Shown: positions 8,447 to 17,845, counted from the stretch's first letter. The stretch: DNA of 32,000 bases from Sphingobium bisphenolivorans (GCF_000412635.1 NZ_ASTG01000006.1:3254-35253); one strand, 5' to 3'. Made by a program: numbers and translations. Notes: generated by a model from the sequence alone, not told the origin.

Positions 8447-8842
8447 CTATTCCACCGCGATCACCCGCGCCAGGGGCTGCATCGGGTGCGTCACCACGCT
8501 CACCTCCACCACCTCCAGGTCCAGCAGTTCGCGCGGCCCATGCCCCCGCGCAGCCCGCACCCGATAGCCGAACGAGAGCCCGTCCACCGCCTTCTCCCGC
8601 AGCGCCCGCGCCGCCTCCCGCCCCGCCGCCGTTCGCGCCGACACCCGCCCGATCACCCGCAGGCCGCGCGCATCCTCCTCGATCCGCTCGACCGTGCCGA
8701 TCGCCTCCCCCGGCCGATGCTGCCACAGCAGCGGCACCCCCGCCGCCGCTCCCGCAAAGGCGCCCGCCCGCACCACGTCGCCACCGCGATCGACCCGGTC
8801 GAACACCGCCGCATAGCCGGCGAAGCGCAGATCCCCGCTCAC
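8447..8842 (-). CDS. GTA prohead protease (g4-like, HK97-type)
   Basis: 131 aa, MSGDLRFAGYAAVFDRVDRGGDVVRAGAF...VPLLWQHRPGEAIGTVERIEEDARGLRVIGR...GLSFGYRV: His and Ser motifs of HK97 prohead protease. Confidence 0.9.
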   Translation of the reverse strand: MSGDLRFAGYAAVFDRVDRGGDVVRAGAFAGAAAGVPLLWQHRPGEAIGTVERIEEDARGLRVIGRVSARTAAGREAARALREKAVDGLSFGYRVRAARGHGPRELLDLEVVEVSVVTHPMQPLARVIAVE

Positions 8843-9159
8843 GCCCGCACCAGCCCCAGCAGCCCCAGCTTCACCGCCATGCCCAGCAGCAGCAGCGCCA
8901 TCACGATCCGCACGGCCCAGGCGACGACAGCGCCCCGCGCCGCCTTCTTGGCGTCACGCCAGGCGCCCAGCAGCTCGCGCAATTCCCGCACGTCGCCTTC
9001 AGCGCTCCGGTCGGCCAGCCCCAGCCGCTCCAGCGCCCGCCCGGCGCCCAGCTCGCTCGCCTCCTCGACCAGCGCCCGGATCATCAGCATGTCGCACCCC
9101 ACCGGCTGCGCTTCCGCCTGAGCCACCAGCCGGGCCAGCATCTCCCCATCATATTTCAT
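8839..9159 (-). CDS. Small membrane protein in the GTA g3.5 position (DUF6127-like)
   Basis: 106 aa, MKYDGEMLARLVAQAEAQPVGCDMLMIRALVEEASELGAGRALERLGLAD..., C-terminal TM helix; ATGA overlaps with portal and protease. Confidence 0.75.
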   Translation of the reverse strand: MKYDGEMLARLVAQAEAQPVGCDMLMIRALVEEASELGAGRALERLGLADRSAEGDVRELRELLGAWRDAKKAARGAVVAWAVRIVMALLLLGMAVKLGLLGLVRA

Positions 9160-10295
9160 CGTGCCGCTCCCATCCCCAGCATCGCCCGCTTCTCTTCCCC
9201 GCTCAGGAAGTCCGCCGCCGCCACCCTGTCCCACAGCGCCCCGCGCTCCTCGGCCAGCGCCGGCACGGCATCCAGGTCGGCGCGCAGACAAAGCTCCGGC
9301 CACCAGCCTTGCAGCCCCTGCGCCAGCCCGCCGAAAATCTTGCCCAGCAGCGGCAGGATCGTCTGCCGCCAGAGCGCCCGGTTGGCCTCGCGATAATTGG
9401 CATAGGCATTGTCGCCCGGCAGCCCCATCAGCATCGGCGGCACCCCAAAGGCCAATGCGATCTCCCGCGCCGCCGCCGCCTTCAGCCCCACGAAATCCAT
9501 CTCGGCCGGCGTCAGGCTCATCGCCTTCCAGCTGAGCCCCCCTTCCAGCAGCATCGGCCGCCCTGCATTGGCCGCGCCGGAAAAGGCGACCTCCATCTCC
9601 CGCTTCACGCGCTCGAACTGTTCCGGGCTCATCACCGACCCGTCGCCCGGCTCATAGACCATCGCGCCCGAAGGCCGCGCGGCATTGTCGAGCAGCGCCT
9701 TGTTCCACACCGTCGCGGCATTGTGGATCGCCACCGCGCCCGCAGCCGCGCCGATGCATCCCAAGCCATAATGATCGTCCAGCGGATGCAGCGCCTTCAA
9801 ATGGATGATGCTCGTCCGTCCGGCGCTATCCTGGGGCGAGAGCCGCGTCACGCTATCCCCGACACGATAGAGATAGGCAGCCGGCCACCCCCGCCCGTCC
9901 GCCTCGACGCTCACCCGCTCGGGCCGCAGCGCGTATAGCTCAGCCGGTAGTCCGTCCGCCCCCAGCAGCATCTGCACATAGCCGTTGCCATGCAGCAGCA
10001 GATGGCTCGCCAGCGTCTCGACCAACGGCTGCCCCGCCGAACAATGGGTCAGCAGCGCGGCGATCTTCCTTCGCTCCCGCTCTTCCACGCCGGCGACCGT
10101 CAGGGCGGTCCCGCTCGCGCCCTCCGCCACCAGCCGCATCGCCCGCTGCGCCACCGGATTGCCCAGCACCGCCGCGCGCACCTGCGCCTCATAGGATGCG
10201 GGCCATTCGCCCAGCGCGACGCCGCCCGATCCCCAGGCGCGCGCCAGCACCGGCCGCGCGCCCCCGCGCGCCGCTTTCGTCCCGAAAAATTTCAT
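9156..10295 (-). CDS. GTA portal protein (g3-like)
   Basis: 379 aa, HK97-type portal features (LLLHGNGYVQML..., AFGVPPMLMGLPGDNAYANYREANRALWRQTILPLL). Confidence 0.95.
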   Translation of the reverse strand: MKFFGTKAARGGARPVLARAWGSGGVALGEWPASYEAQVRAAVLGNPVAQRAMRLVAEGASGTALTVAGVEERERRKIAALLTHCSAGQPLVETLASHLLLHGNGYVQMLLGADGLPAELYALRPERVSVEADGRGWPAAYLYRVGDSVTRLSPQDSAGRTSIIHLKALHPLDDHYGLGCIGAAAGAVAIHNAATVWNKALLDNAARPSGAMVYEPGDGSVMSPEQFERVKREMEVAFSGAANAGRPMLLEGGLSWKAMSLTPAEMDFVGLKAAAAREIALAFGVPPMLMGLPGDNAYANYREANRALWRQTILPLLGKIFGGLAQGLQGWWPELCLRADLDAVPALAEERGALWDRVAAADFLSGEEKRAMLGMGAAR

Positions 10296-10392
10296 GCAAA
10301 CCCCGCCACAAAAAATCCTCCCCGCTCGGGGGAGGATAGTGAAGCCCGGCGACGATCAGCCGCCTAACGAAAGATGGAAAGGGGCGACGCCC

Positions 10393-10734
10393 TCAAGGAT
10401 TGCGGGCCAATACCCGGTCGCAAGCCGCGTTCGTGCCCTCGCTCTTGCCGATCACCCGGCCCGCGACCGCTCCCGCCGCACCAGCCAGCAGCGATTCACC
10501 CAGGCTCCCGCCCGCCAGCGCCCCCACGCCAGCCCCGCCGGCCGCGCCGATCACAGTGCCGCGGTCGCGCCCTTTCTTCCCCTGAAGCAGGCAATAGCGC
10601 ACCTCGTCCCTATCCCGTGGCGCCGCCCGCGCCACCCGCGCGCGCTCCTTGCCGTTGAGCGAAGCGGCGAGAGCCGGGGTTGTCGCCACAGCCATGCCAG
10701 CCAGAACCATCACAAATTTAGCGCCCATTTTCAT
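10393..10734 (-). CDS. Exported glycine-zipper protein, inserted between terminase and portal
   Basis: 113 aa; signal peptide MKMGAKFVMVLAGMAVATTPALAA and GTVIGAAGGAGVGALAGGSLGESLLAGAAGAVAGRVIG glycine zipper. Confidence 0.75.
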   Translation of the reverse strand: MKMGAKFVMVLAGMAVATTPALAASLNGKERARVARAAPRDRDEVRYCLLQGKKGRDRGTVIGAAGGAGVGALAGGSLGESLLAGAAGAVAGRVIGKSEGTNAACDRVLARNP

Positions 10735-10810
10735 ATCTCAAGCTCCTCCTAGATCGCCTGAATATACGCCAGGAGCCGCAGCGCAGTTCCGGCACCCCGA
10801 CACTCCCCCT

Positions 10811-10851
10811 GTTCCTGCGATCCGAAGAAGGCCGTCGGCCAACGCAGGAAC
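10811..10851. repeat. Inverted repeat, intergenic REP-like element
   Basis: GTTCCTGCG (10811-10819) ... CGCAGGAAC (10843-10851), perfect 9-bp arms; a second hairpin GCTCCTG-TCCG-CAGGAGC lies at 10874-10891. Confidence 0.5.
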
Positions 10852-10900
10852 CCGGCTCGAACGGCGGGGCGGGGCTCCTGTCCGCAGGAGCACGACATCC

Positions 10901-12223
10901 CTAAATTATCCGCACCCGCGCGTCCGACCACCGCCCCAGCATCAACTCGGTCAACGCCCAGACCAGCGCATCCGCCCGGTCCGGCGACCGCCCCGGCCCG
11001 ACATAGCCGCCGCCCATCACCATGCCGCACATCTGGTCTTCCAGCTGCCAGAGGGCGCCGCGATGCGCCACGCGCCCTGCCTCGTAGAGCGCCGCCACCG
11101 GCTCCGCCCGCGCCACCTTGCCCCGGCTCGCATGGACCAGCCGCACCGGCAAAGCGGCCTCCGCCGCCCGCAGCACGCTCTCGACCATCGCGCCGCCATT
11201 ATTGGCTTCAGCGACAACCCGGTCGGCACCATGCGCGACTGCCGCCGCTGCGACCGCGCGCGCCCAGCCCTCCGGCCTCATGCCCTCGACAGTAGCGTCG
11301 GCAATGACATAGGCGCGCCCGTCACCGCCCAGGCCAGCAACGACAATCCCGCAGGCATCGCCATCGGCGGAAGCGGGCGGGTCCACCGCCACCACTACCC
11401 GCGACAGCGTGCCCCCTTGCGGCACATGCGGCACCCGGCATCGCTCCAGCAGATCGCGGCTCCACAGCGCGCCCTGCACATCCTCGATCAGTTCACCGTG
11501 CAGCTCCTGCCGCCCGAGCCGCGTGCCGCCATAGCTGCGCTCCATCGCGGCGACGAAGCCGTCCGCCAGATGCGCCGCATTGTCCGCCGTCCGCCCCCGC
11601 GTCACCACGACATCCGCGCCGTCCCGCGCCACCAGCCCGCACACCAGCGGCACCGGACGCGGCGTGGTCGTCGCCAGCACACGCGGCCGCGCGCCCAGCC
11701 GCATGCCCATCATCAGATTGTCCCAGCACATCTCGCCCGCCGGCCATTTCGCGATTTCGTCGGCCCAGCCATGGCTGAACTGGGGCCCGCGCAGGCTCTC
11801 CGGCTCCGCCGCGCCGAACAGCGACGCGACCGCGCCATTGGGCCACAGCAGCCTGCGCAGAGCGGGCGAGAAGACCGGCCGGTTCCACCAGGGTGCCACC
11901 GCCAGGATTCCCGACGGTCCCTCCACCATCACGGCGCGCGTCTCGCCCAGCGTCGCCCCAACGATAGCGATCCGCGCCGATGGGTCATTTTCCGCGATCG
12001 TCCTGACCCATTCGGCGCCCGCCCGTGTCTTGCCGAAGCCGCGCCCGGCCATCATCAGCCAGATGGTCCAGTCACCCCCCGGCGCCAGTTGTTCCGGTCG
12101 CGCCAGCCACCGCCAGTCATGCGCCAGCGCCTCGGCCGCCGCGCCGTTCAGGCCGGCCAGCACCCGCTCGCGCTCCGCTTCGGGCAAGCGCGCCAGCCGC
12201 TCGAAATCCGAAAGGCTCCCCAT
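10901..12223 (-). CDS. GTA terminase large subunit (g2-like)
   Basis: Walker A GRGFGKTRAGAEW, TTTPRPVPL, KWPAGEMCWDNLMMGMRLG motifs; ATG (MGSLSDFERL) at 12223, longer ORF starts at 12247. Confidence 0.95.
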   Translation of the reverse strand: MGSLSDFERLARLPEAERERVLAGLNGAAAEALAHDWRWLARPEQLAPGGDWTIWLMMAGRGFGKTRAGAEWVRTIAENDPSARIAIVGATLGETRAVMVEGPSGILAVAPWWNRPVFSPALRRLLWPNGAVASLFGAAEPESLRGPQFSHGWADEIAKWPAGEMCWDNLMMGMRLGARPRVLATTTPRPVPLVCGLVARDGADVVVTRGRTADNAAHLADGFVAAMERSYGGTRLGRQELHGELIEDVQGALWSRDLLERCRVPHVPQGGTLSRVVVAVDPPASADGDACGIVVAGLGGDGRAYVIADATVEGMRPEGWARAVAAAAVAHGADRVVAEANNGGAMVESVLRAAEAALPVRLVHASRGKVARAEPVAALYEAGRVAHRGALWQLEDQMCGMVMGGGYVGPGRSPDRADALVWALTELMLGRWSDARVRII

Positions 12224-12310
12224 GCACCCCTGCTCCTTTCGCCACATTCTGCCTTATTTTCGGGCTCCGGCCCTTTTCGCGGCGCATGCCCCGAACCTAT
12301 ATGCCTCGCC

Positions 12311-12751
12311 ATGTCTTCGATCCGACCCGCCCGCGCCGCCGATGGTGCCCGCCTGCTCGACATCTGGCGCAGCGCCGTCGATGCGACCCATGATTTTCTC
12401 TCGGCGCAGGACCGCTTCGCCATAGAGCAGGAAGTGTCCGCCTCGCTTCCCAATGCTCCCGCCTGGCTCGCAACCGATCCCGATGATCGCGCGGTCGGCT
12501 TCATGCTGATCGACGGCACGCATATGGATGCGCTCTTCATCGATCCCGAATGGCGCGGCCAAGGGATCGGCCGCCTCCTCGTCGAGCATGGCCTTGCCCT
12601 GCACCCAACGCTTACGACCGACGTCAACGAACAGAATGAACAGGCGATCGGCTTCTACGAACGTCTCAACTTCGCCCGCACGGGCCGTTCGGACACGGAT
12701 GGACAGGGCCGCCCCTACCCTCTCCTCCACCTACGCCACGCGCCCGCCTAG
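12311..12751 (+). CDS. yjaB: GNAT acetyltransferase, YjaB-like, antiparallel between g1 and g2
   Basis: MSSIRPARAADGARLLDIWRSAVDATHDFLSAQDR...VGFMLIDGTHMDALFIDPEWRGQGIGRLLVEH...TTDVNEQNEQAIGFYERLNFARTGRSDTDGQGRPYPLLHL closely resembles E. coli YjaB by recall. Confidence 0.85.
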   Translation: MSSIRPARAADGARLLDIWRSAVDATHDFLSAQDRFAIEQEVSASLPNAPAWLATDPDDRAVGFMLIDGTHMDALFIDPEWRGQGIGRLLVEHGLALHPTLTTDVNEQNEQAIGFYERLNFARTGRSDTDGQGRPYPLLHLRHAPA

Positions 12752-12955
12752 ACCATCCGGCCTCGCGGCCATTTCGCCCGAACCATCTCCGGCGCCGAAC
12801 GCAGATTGCCTCTTCACATCTTGCCGCCTCACCCTCCCGCTCCGCTGCATCCCCGACAACCCTCCGCCGTTCCCCAAATATCGTCACCCCGGGCTCCCGC
12901 TGCCTGCCCCGTCGCGTCCAGCGCAGCGCAGGAGGCCTGACGCCGGAACATCCCG

Positions 12956-13531
12956 TCACCCCTCATCCTCACCCTTCGCCCGGACAGCCTCCAACGCCGC
13001 ACGCAGCCGCTCCACCGCGTCGTCCCCATCCGGGCGCTCCGCCTTTTCTCTCAGGCGCCCGGCTTCCCGCTCCACTTCAACGGCATGCTTCTCCAGCAGC
13101 AGCGCTGCGATTCGGTGAGGATAGCTTTTCCTGATCTTCCGGCTCTTCACCGCGCCCTCGCCATCCAGCACGATCTCCTCCTCCTCGACGCCGAACAACG
13201 ACTGCCGCAGCAACTGGGTCTGAAGTTCCGCATATCCGACATCCAGCGCCCGCGCCCATTCGCGCGCGAAGCTGCTGCTGCGCCGCTTGTGATAATAGGC
13301 GGTCGACAGATTGATCCCCGCCACCCGCGCCGCCTCGCTGACATTGCAGGTCCCCGCCAGCGTCTCCAGGAAGATCCTGTGCCGCTCGGGCGTCAGCCCG
13401 TCCTTGCGTCTTGCCCGCAGTTGCGGTCCGCTGCCGAAAGCCCCCAACTGGTTGTGCTGCAGGGTCATCGTGCGGTCCGGCGCATCGCTGGCCCTGCCGC
13501 CAAAGCGCGCCTTGTTCACCTTGTCCGTCAT
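12956..13531 (-). CDS. GTA g1-like protein / putative small terminase (HTH)
   Basis: MTDKVNKARFGGRASDAPDRTMTLQHNQLGAFGSGPQLRARRKDGLTPERHRIFLETLAGTCNVSEAARVAGINLSTAYYHKRRSSSFAREW: HTH at the head of the cluster. Confidence 0.7.
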   Translation of the reverse strand: MTDKVNKARFGGRASDAPDRTMTLQHNQLGAFGSGPQLRARRKDGLTPERHRIFLETLAGTCNVSEAARVAGINLSTAYYHKRRSSSFAREWARALDVGYAELQTQLLRQSLFGVEEEEIVLDGEGAVKSRKIRKSYPHRIAALLLEKHAVEVEREAGRLREKAERPDGDDAVERLRAALEAVRAKGEDEG

Positions 13532-13627
13532 GCCCATCCCCCCGTCACCGAAAGACGAAGGGCCAGTCCTCTCTTCAAGGACCGGCCCGCACCGCCGCAT
13601 CAGCGACTCACATTTTCCAGTGTCGCC

Positions 13628-13657
13628 ATCTTTGCCAGAACAGCGTGACGATGTCAA
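13628..13657 (-). promoter_or_regulatory. Candidate sigma70-type promoter for the GTA structural genes
   Basis: Minus strand TTGACA (13657-13652), 18-nt spacer, AAAGAT (13633-13628), about 100 nt upstream of the g1 ATG at 13531; -10 is weak. Confidence 0.3.
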
Positions 13658-13681
13658 GAAAAATGTTCCAGATCGGTTAGT

Positions 13682-14329
13682 TCATGATGCGGCCATACGC
13701 TGGATCATGGGCTCCTCGGCCGCCAGGGCGGAAGCGAAACTCGGCCGCTCCATGATCTGCTGCAGCCAGCGTTGCACCTTGGGCCAACGCCCGTTTGCCG
13801 GCACCTCGCTGCAATAGCCGATGTTGATCAACGGGCAGGCAACCGCGATATCTGCAAGCGTGAAGCGCCCCTCCACCAGGAAGCCGCTGTCCGCCATCAC
13901 CGTTTCAAGATAGTCCAGCGCCCGGGGCAGAGCCTCTGCTTCAGCCTGCGCGGCCGCGTCCAGATCCTGCGGAAGGCCCAGCAGCGGAGCGACCATCCGA
14001 TGAAAGAATATCGCGCCCCCCGCCGGCTGGACGATGGTGTCGCCAAACTCCTCATACCAGATCGTCCGGGCTCTTGCCCTGGCTTCCGTCGGGATCAGAT
14101 TGGGCTCGGGGTACAGCGTGTCCAGATAGGTTATGATGGCGCTACTGTCGCTGATCAGGAAGTCGCCATCCTTAAATGCGGGCATCTTCCCGAAGGGCGA
14201 CGCTTCCTGGAAAATCTGACCGCCTTGGCCGAAGCCGCCGGGTTGCAGTTCCAGCTCGACGCCCTTCTCCGCCGCGAAGACGATCACCTTGCGCACAAAG
14301 GGCGAGGGCCCCGCTCCATACAAGATCAT
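13682..14329 (-). CDS. Glutathione S-transferase family protein
   Basis: MILYGAGPSPFVRKVIVFAAEKGVELELQPGGFGQG...SPFGKMPAFKDGDFLISDSSAIITYLD: thioredoxin-like GST N-domain with SPFV, KMPA and SSAI motifs. Confidence 0.9.
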   Translation of the reverse strand: MILYGAGPSPFVRKVIVFAAEKGVELELQPGGFGQGGQIFQEASPFGKMPAFKDGDFLISDSSAIITYLDTLYPEPNLIPTEARARARTIWYEEFGDTIVQPAGGAIFFHRMVAPLLGLPQDLDAAAQAEAEALPRALDYLETVMADSGFLVEGRFTLADIAVACPLINIGYCSEVPANGRWPKVQRWLQQIMERPSFASALAAEEPMIQRMAAS

Positions 14330-14377
14330 GCATCATTCCCCTTCTCATCTTGCGGTCCGCTGCCCGTGCAGCGGAAT

Positions 14378-15187
14378 TCATCCACCGTCGCCGCTTCCTG
14401 TGCTCGCCACGCTCTGCCGGTAATCGATCCTGATGCGGACCCAGCTGCCCACCATCACCTTGCCATTGACCCGGGGCGGCAACACGAGGAATTGCCATGC
14501 CGCCAGCCGGACCGCCTTGGCAAAGCCCGATCCCAGCGGGGATTCGCCCAGCGCCTGGCAATTTTCGACATGATAATTGTCCACCGTCTTGCAGGCGACC
14601 AGCCCCCACCCCGCGCGCGGTGCGTCGCTCGGCAGGTAGCTCGCCAGTTCCGTATGGGTGGGCCGTCGATACCATTCCGCCTCGAACAGCTGGACGCCGC
14701 CCGGCCCCTCTCCCGGGCCGGAAACGGCTGCACTGTTCCCCTTCCCGGGCGTACCTTCGCTGCCACCGCTTGCCGGCGCTTTGGCGATGTTGGCTGCGGC
14801 CATCTGCTGACTATCGAGCACCAGGAACGGCAGGGGCGAAGGCAGCTGCGGCAAAGGCCGCGCCACCGGCAGCAGCGGCCTCAATTCCGGCTTAACCAGC
14901 GGCTCCGGCCGTTTTTTCTCCGGGACCTGCCGTTCGGGCTCCTTCTCGCGCTTCTTTTCCTGTTTCTCGGGCTTTTTGGCCTTGCTCTCCGCCTTCTCCT
15001 CTTTCTCCGCCTTGGGCGCAGGCGCCATTTCGAAGGTGACCGGATTGCGCAGGTCGGGCAGCTGCACGACCGGCTTGGGCGCCAGCGTCAGCAACGCCAG
15101 CAGCAATAGTCCGTTGAACAGCAGCGCGAACAGCATGCCGCCGCCGCGCTCGCGCCATTTCGGTGTCAGGGGTTGTGCAAGGGTCAA
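14378..15187 (-). CDS. TonB-like protein (N-terminal TM anchor, Pro/Lys/Glu linker, TonB-type C-terminal region)
   Basis: FALLFNGLLLLALLTLAPKPVVQ anchor, KAEKEEKAESKAKKPEKQEKKREKEPERQVPEKKRPEP linker, C-terminal CQALGESPLGSGFAKAVRLAAWQFLVLPPRVNGKVMVGSWVRIRIDY. Confidence 0.7.
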   Translation of the reverse strand: MTLAQPLTPKWRERGGGMLFALLFNGLLLLALLTLAPKPVVQLPDLRNPVTFEMAPAPKAEKEEKAESKAKKPEKQEKKREKEPERQVPEKKRPEPLVKPELRPLLPVARPLPQLPSPLPFLVLDSQQMAAANIAKAPASGGSEGTPGKGNSAAVSGPGEGPGGVQLFEAEWYRRPTHTELASYLPSDAPRAGWGLVACKTVDNYHVENCQALGESPLGSGFAKAVRLAAWQFLVLPPRVNGKVMVGSWVRIRIDYRQSVASTGSGDGG

Positions 15188-15255
15188 TTCAGCGCGCCGC
15201 TCGATTTTCGCAAGGGCTCATGCCCAGACGCCGCAGCGCCGTGAAGGCCGTGCGC

Positions 15256-15498
15256 TCAGCACACATCCTCTTCGCGCACCACCGGGCGGCTTTCCCGCGT
15301 CGCGCGCATCCGGCTCGCCTTGTCGTCGGGGTCTGACGTCAGGATCACATGATCCTCATGCACCTCCAGCAGCACGCCCGCGAAGGGGAAGCCCTCCAGC
15401 CCGCCGGTCACCCGATAGCTCACCTGATCGCCGACCTTGAACGTCGCCGGGTCCACGTTGAAGTCGAAAGGGCAGGCGCCCTCGCCCATGCCTTGCAT
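15256..15498 (-). CDS. Small conserved-looking hypothetical protein
   Basis: 80-aa ORF MQGMGEGACPFDFNVDPATFKVGDQVSYRVTGGLEGFPFAGVLLEVHEDHVILTSDPDD..., GGAGATC upstream. Confidence 0.65.
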   Translation of the reverse strand: MQGMGEGACPFDFNVDPATFKVGDQVSYRVTGGLEGFPFAGVLLEVHEDHVILTSDPDDKASRMRATRESRPVVREEDVC

Positions 15499-15627
15499 GA
15501 TGGATCTCCTTTTTTAGCGACTCTATTCTGCCGGCCACCCTCGATCAAGCGCAGCCACAAACATCCCTGCCGCGCCGTTGTCTGAAAGCGCTGGATAGCA
15601 TTCCCATTCTCGGCTAGGCCCGCCACG

Positions 15628-16266
15628 ATGCTCACCAAGCTCTATCAATGGACGCTGGCGAAAGCCGCCCACGCCCATGCCGAACGCTGGCTCTTCGCCA
15701 TCAGCTTTATGGAGTCGAGCTTCTTCCCGATCCCACCGCACCCGCTGCTCGGCCTGATGTGCCTCGCCCGGCCGGAGCGCGCGATCCGTTTCGGCTTCAT
15801 CTGCACCCTGGCGTCGGTTCTGGGCGGTCTGTTCGGCTATGCGATCGGCCATTACCTCTATGAAGCGCTAGGCCAGCAGATCCTTCAGGCGTTGGGCCTC
15901 GCCGCGAAATTCCCGGTCGCCGCCTGCTACCTGCGCGATTACGGAGCAGAGATCATCCTGATCAAGGGCGCCACGCCCATTCCGTTCAAGCTCATCACGA
16001 TAACGGCAGGCTTCATCGGCCTTTCGCTCTTCACCTTCCTTTGGGCGAGCATCCTTTCGCGCGCCTTCCAGTTCATGCTTGTCGGCTTCCTGTTCTGGAA
16101 GTTCGGCCGCCCTATCAAGGCATTCATTGAGAAATATCTGGGCCTGCTCTCCGCAGCATTTCTGCTGCTCGTTGTCGGAGGCTTTATCGCCGCCTCGACG
16201 CTCTCCGGCAACCACGGCGACAAGAGCGACAAGTGCAGTCACGCCACCATAGCCACCCTGCGCTAG
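15628..16266 (+). CDS. YqaA/DedA (SNARE-associated Golgi-like) family membrane protein
   Basis: MLTKLYQWTLAKAAHAHAERWLFAISFMESSFFPIPPHPLLGLMCLARPERAIRFGFICTLASVLGGLFGYAIG...GATPIPFKLITITAGF. Confidence 0.85.
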   Translation: MLTKLYQWTLAKAAHAHAERWLFAISFMESSFFPIPPHPLLGLMCLARPERAIRFGFICTLASVLGGLFGYAIGHYLYEALGQQILQALGLAAKFPVAACYLRDYGAEIILIKGATPIPFKLITITAGFIGLSLFTFLWASILSRAFQFMLVGFLFWKFGRPIKAFIEKYLGLLSAAFLLLVVGGFIAASTLSGNHGDKSDKCSHATIATLR

Positions 16267-16277
16267 TCCGCGCCCCC

Positions 16278-17840
16278 ATGCATTACATCATCACCCGCCA
16301 TCCCAAGCTCGCTGCCCTGCTCGCCGGATTCATCGCGGCAACAGGCTTCGAGCCGCTCAAGCTCTGGCCTGTCACCCTCGCCTGCTTCGCGCTGCTCATC
16401 GCGCTGATCGAGCGCGCGCCCGACCGTCGCTCCGCCTTCCTGCGCGGCTGGTTGTTCGGCGTCGGCCATTTCACGCTCGGCCTCAACTGGATTGCCCACG
16501 CCTTCACCTTCCAGGACGCGATGCCGCACTGGTTCGGCTACGGCGCGGTCGTCCTGCTGTCTCTTTATCTCGCGGTTTATCCCGGCCTCGCCACGTTGGG
16601 CGCCTGGTGGCTACAAAGCAGCGTTTTCCTGCCGAGGCAGAAGCACGGAAATCTCACCGTGCCCCTCCTCTTCGCGGCCACCTGGCTCGCAACAGAATAT
16701 CTTCGGGCTGTCATCTTCACAGGTTTCGCCTGGAACCCGTTGGGGGCAACGCTGCTGCCGACCGGCATCGCCATCGCCTCAACCCTCATCGGCACCTACG
16801 GCCTGGGCGCCCTCACCATTCTTGCGTCCGGCGCACTTCTCCTCGTCTCGCGCCGCCAGTTCACGCCCGCCGCAGCCATCGCCGTCCCCCTCCTGGCGCT
16901 TGCTGCATGGGGCCTGTTATCGCCAGCACCGCCCGCCGGGACAGGCGCCCCCCGCATCCGCGTCGTTCAGCCCAACATCGGCCAGGACGAGAAATATTCG
17001 CCCGAACTGGAGCAAGCACATTTCCGCACCCTGGCGACGCTCTCCGGCACGCCTCGCCCGGCGCCCCGCCTGATCTTCTGGCCCGAGGCGGCGATCCCCG
17101 CCTATCTCGATATGGAGCCGGAATGGCGCACTCGTCTCGCTAGCCTGCTCGGCCCCGGCGATCTGCTGATGACCGGTGCCACCAAGGTCTATTTCAAGCA
17201 GGTCGAAAAGAACGGCTATGCTGAAAATGTGCTGGCCGGCGCGAACAACAGCCTGTTCGTCGTGACGCCCGACGCTCGGCTCGCCGCGCGCTACGACAAG
17301 TCGCATCTCGTACCCTATGGCGAATATCTGCCGATGCGATCGATCCTCCAGCCGATAGGCCTCTCCCGCCTCGTTCCCGGCGACGCCGATTTCTGGCCGG
17401 GTCCCGGGCCCCAAAGCCTCACCCTGCCCGCAACGCTCGGCCGCCCGGAACTCAAGATGGGCGTGCAGATCTGCTACGAGATCATCTTCTCGGGCCAGGT
17501 CGTCGACTCCGCGCATCGCCCCTCCTTCCTCTTCAACCCCTCGAACGATGCCTGGTTCGGCAGTTGGGGTCCCGTCCAGCACCTGGCCCAAGCCCGCCTT
17601 CGCGCGATCGAGGAAGCGCTGCCGATCATCCGCTCCACGCCGACCGGCGTCTCCGCCGTGATCGACGCCCGCGGCCATGTGCTGAGCGCACTCGGCCTCC
17701 ACCGCGCAGGCTTCCTCGACACCGGCCTTCCCTCGGCGCTGCCGCCGACCCTTTTCTCCCGCCTTGGGAATTGGGCGCCCTTCCTCTTCATGGCGCTTCT
17801 CCTCGCTCTCGCCATTGCCACCCGCAGAACGACCCGCTAA
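16278..17840 (+). CDS. lnt: Apolipoprotein N-acyltransferase
   Basis: N-terminal TM helices and nitrilase domain: [103 protein letters not shown]. Confidence 0.95.
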   Translation: MHYIITRHPKLAALLAGFIAATGFEPLKLWPVTLACFALLIALIERAPDRRSAFLRGWLFGVGHFTLGLNWIAHAFTFQDAMPHWFGYGAVVLLSLYLAVYPGLATLGAWWLQSSVFLPRQKHGNLTVPLLFAATWLATEYLRAVIFTGFAWNPLGATLLPTGIAIASTLIGTYGLGALTILASGALLLVSRRQFTPAAAIAVPLLALAAWGLLSPAPPAGTGAPRIRVVQPNIGQDEKYSPELEQAHFRTLATLSGTPRPAPRLIFWPEAAIPAYLDMEPEWRTRLASLLGPGDLLMTGATKVYFKQVEKNGYAENVLAGANNSLFVVTPDARLAARYDKSHLVPYGEYLPMRSILQPIGLSRLVPGDADFWPGPGPQSLTLPATLGRPELKMGVQICYEIIFSGQVVDSAHRPSFLFNPSNDAWFGSWGPVQHLAQARLRAIEEALPIIRSTPTGVSAVIDARGHVLSALGLHRAGFLDTGLPSALPPTLFSRLGNWAPFLFMALLLALAIATRRTTR

Positions 17841-17845
17841 TAGCC

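Noticed and set aside
10874-10891. Hairpin GCTCCTG-TCCG-CAGGAGC as the terminator of the large-terminase gene
   Set aside because: Short 7-bp stem with no U tract on the minus strand; more likely part of a REP-like element
10649-12751. 700-aa plus-strand ORF overlapping the large terminase
   Set aside because: Arg/Pro/His-rich low-complexity translation typical of antisense shadow frames in GC-rich DNA; only its C-terminal 146 aa (YjaB-like, from ATG 12311) is credible
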